DNA of 64,000 nt, taken from NCBI RefSeq assembly GCF_006345805.1, contig NC_043022.1, positions 1,674,001 through 1,738,000 on the forward strand, written 5' to 3'. This DNA is from Octopus sinensis. Lineage: Eukaryota. The position numbers and the translations under genes were made by a program. Of the stretch, positions 62,311 through 64,000 are shown one piece after another (positions within the stretch are counted from its first letter, which is position 1; the number at the start of each line of letters is the position of its first letter). Under the pieces are notes generated by a model. The model searched no databases, was not told the origin of the DNA, and worked only from the letters and a program-made list of their open reading frames with translations.

Positions 62311-63668
62311 AGGGAGAGAGTATATTATAGATGATACCAAATCAGAATTTGAGTATCACCAGATTATTGGGGAGTAGGGTGAGGAAAAACGTGTGGGGGT
62401 GGGGTGGGTGATGGGGGGAAGGGATCTTTAGAAGTAATTTCAAAGAATTTCTACAATTCCAATCCTGAAAAAAAAACCCTCAAAACCTCATTCCACCACC
62501 ACCACCACCACCACCACCTTCTTTCCATATTGTTATTGTAGTTTTAGTGATAATGGTGATGGTGATGATGATGGTGGTAATAGTGGTAGTGGATGTCGTT
62601 GGTGGTGGTGGTGGTGGTGATAGCGGTGGTGTTTTAGCTCCAGGTTGGATATCACAGAGTAGAACAGAACCTAGCATCAAAAGAGTTCCAGCAAGGACCA
62701 TCCCGTCTATTTCCTTTTGTGATGTCAGAGGCAGTAGCAGTGTGGTGGTGGTGGTGGTGGTGTTGGTGCCAGTGGCTGTGGTGGTGTCAGTGGCTGTGGT
62801 GGTGGTGGTGTTGGTGGCGGTGGTGTTGGTGCCAGTGGCTGTAGTGGTGGTGGTGGTGGTGGTGGTGTCAGTTGCAGTGGCTGATGTTAATAGGATCAGA
62901 AGTGACTTAGGAGGGACCAGTGACTTGGTATAATGTCATGTTGGAGAGTTGGTGGGAGAAAGGCAGATGAGGGAGGTGGTGGTGGTGGTGCCATCATGCT
63001 GGTAACAACAGTGTTGTTACTACTACTACTACTACTACCACTACTACTACTACTGTCTTATCTGCATTCTTAAAAGAAAGAAAAATAGTTTCATAGAAGC
63101 GAATCTCTTGTCTTTGAAGTATAGTGAGAAAGGGAGAGAGAGAGAGAGAGAGAGAGAGAGGTTTAGGATTTAACTACAGAAAACGGAAAATGCCTGTTTT
63201 CTTCCCCCACTGCCACCCCACCCCTTCGCCGTTACAGATATAGCAGAACCCGGAGAAGAGAGGAAGCTGGTGGTATCAGAAGGATACCAGCAGCTGTGTG
63301 GTGGCTTTCATCCATTACCACTTCCAATTGTCCCTCTACACACACACACCTCAAAGGTGCTTGTAAAGTACAGCCCCTAACAAAGCAAGTTAGAGAGAGA
63401 GAGAGTATTTCTTTATTCACCATAAGGTTGAGAAAAAGAGGGGACAAAACAAACGTTGGGGTCAGGGTATCGAATGAGACGAAACATATGAATAAGCAAA
63501 CAATTAAAATATATACAATTAAATGAGAATGAGTGATTAACAAAAAATGAAGTGGAGGACGTAGTTGACCCCACAAAAGCTGGATAAAGTGGTAGTTAAA
63601 GGGAGAGTGTAGCCAGATTTAGGAAAATAGGGAGAGAATTCTTGTATATTTCTGAGTGAGTTTATAGA

Positions 63669-63706
<38 letters not shown>

Positions 63707-64000
63707 AGAATGAAAGATTAAACAACAAAAGGGAGCGAATGAATAAGAGATTGTTCTTGGAACATTTGCACCAAAGAGAGTCAAATGGATGTGGGTCTTT
63801 GTCTCTTGGAGAGAGAAAGACGGATACAGGTATGTCTAAGAAGATAAGCAAGAGCATGTCTGTGTGTATGTGTGTGTGTGCGTGTGTGTGTATACAGGTA
63901 TGTATGCAAGAATGAATGTGTATGTGTGTGGGCATTAAATGTGTGTATGTGTGTGTGTGTATACAGGTATGTATGTATGTGTCTACGTAGGTAAGTATTG

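Overview
Repeat-dominated eukaryotic non-coding DNA, intergenic or from a large intron. The SINE families and the extreme microsatellite density suggest an octopus (coleoid cephalopod) genome; this is an inference and was not checked by search. I found no convincing host protein-coding exon. The long ORFs in the track are microsatellite read-throughs. The only recognisable coding remnants are transposon-derived: two RTE-clade LINE 3' ends (1-475 and ~38925-39125), a young CR1/L2-clade 3' end (47434-47774), a deleted mariner (59346-60092) and a mariner MITE (34434-34653). The rest is at least four tRNA-headed SINE families, an RTE-tail repeat, piggyBac-like and hAT-like MITEs, Penelope-like (PLE) end fragments and compound micro/minisatellites. 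Family letters A-E and P1/P2 are my own labels. The most interesting signal is a set of minimal type I hammerhead-ribozyme motifs with (pseudo)palindromic stem III, from at least four unrelated sequence families: four clear ones (3085-3131, 40962-41040, 55759-55805, 57435-57479) and three decayed ones. One crowns a ~35-bp rod inside a 247-bp element embedded in (TA)n; another lies downstream of a tRNA-type B box. Also notable are several fold-back inversions, a SINE that repeatedly inserts at GGTA sites including within itself, and a duplicated 115-bp non-coding block with conserved palindromes. Interspersed-repeat boundaries are approximate (about +/-10 bp).
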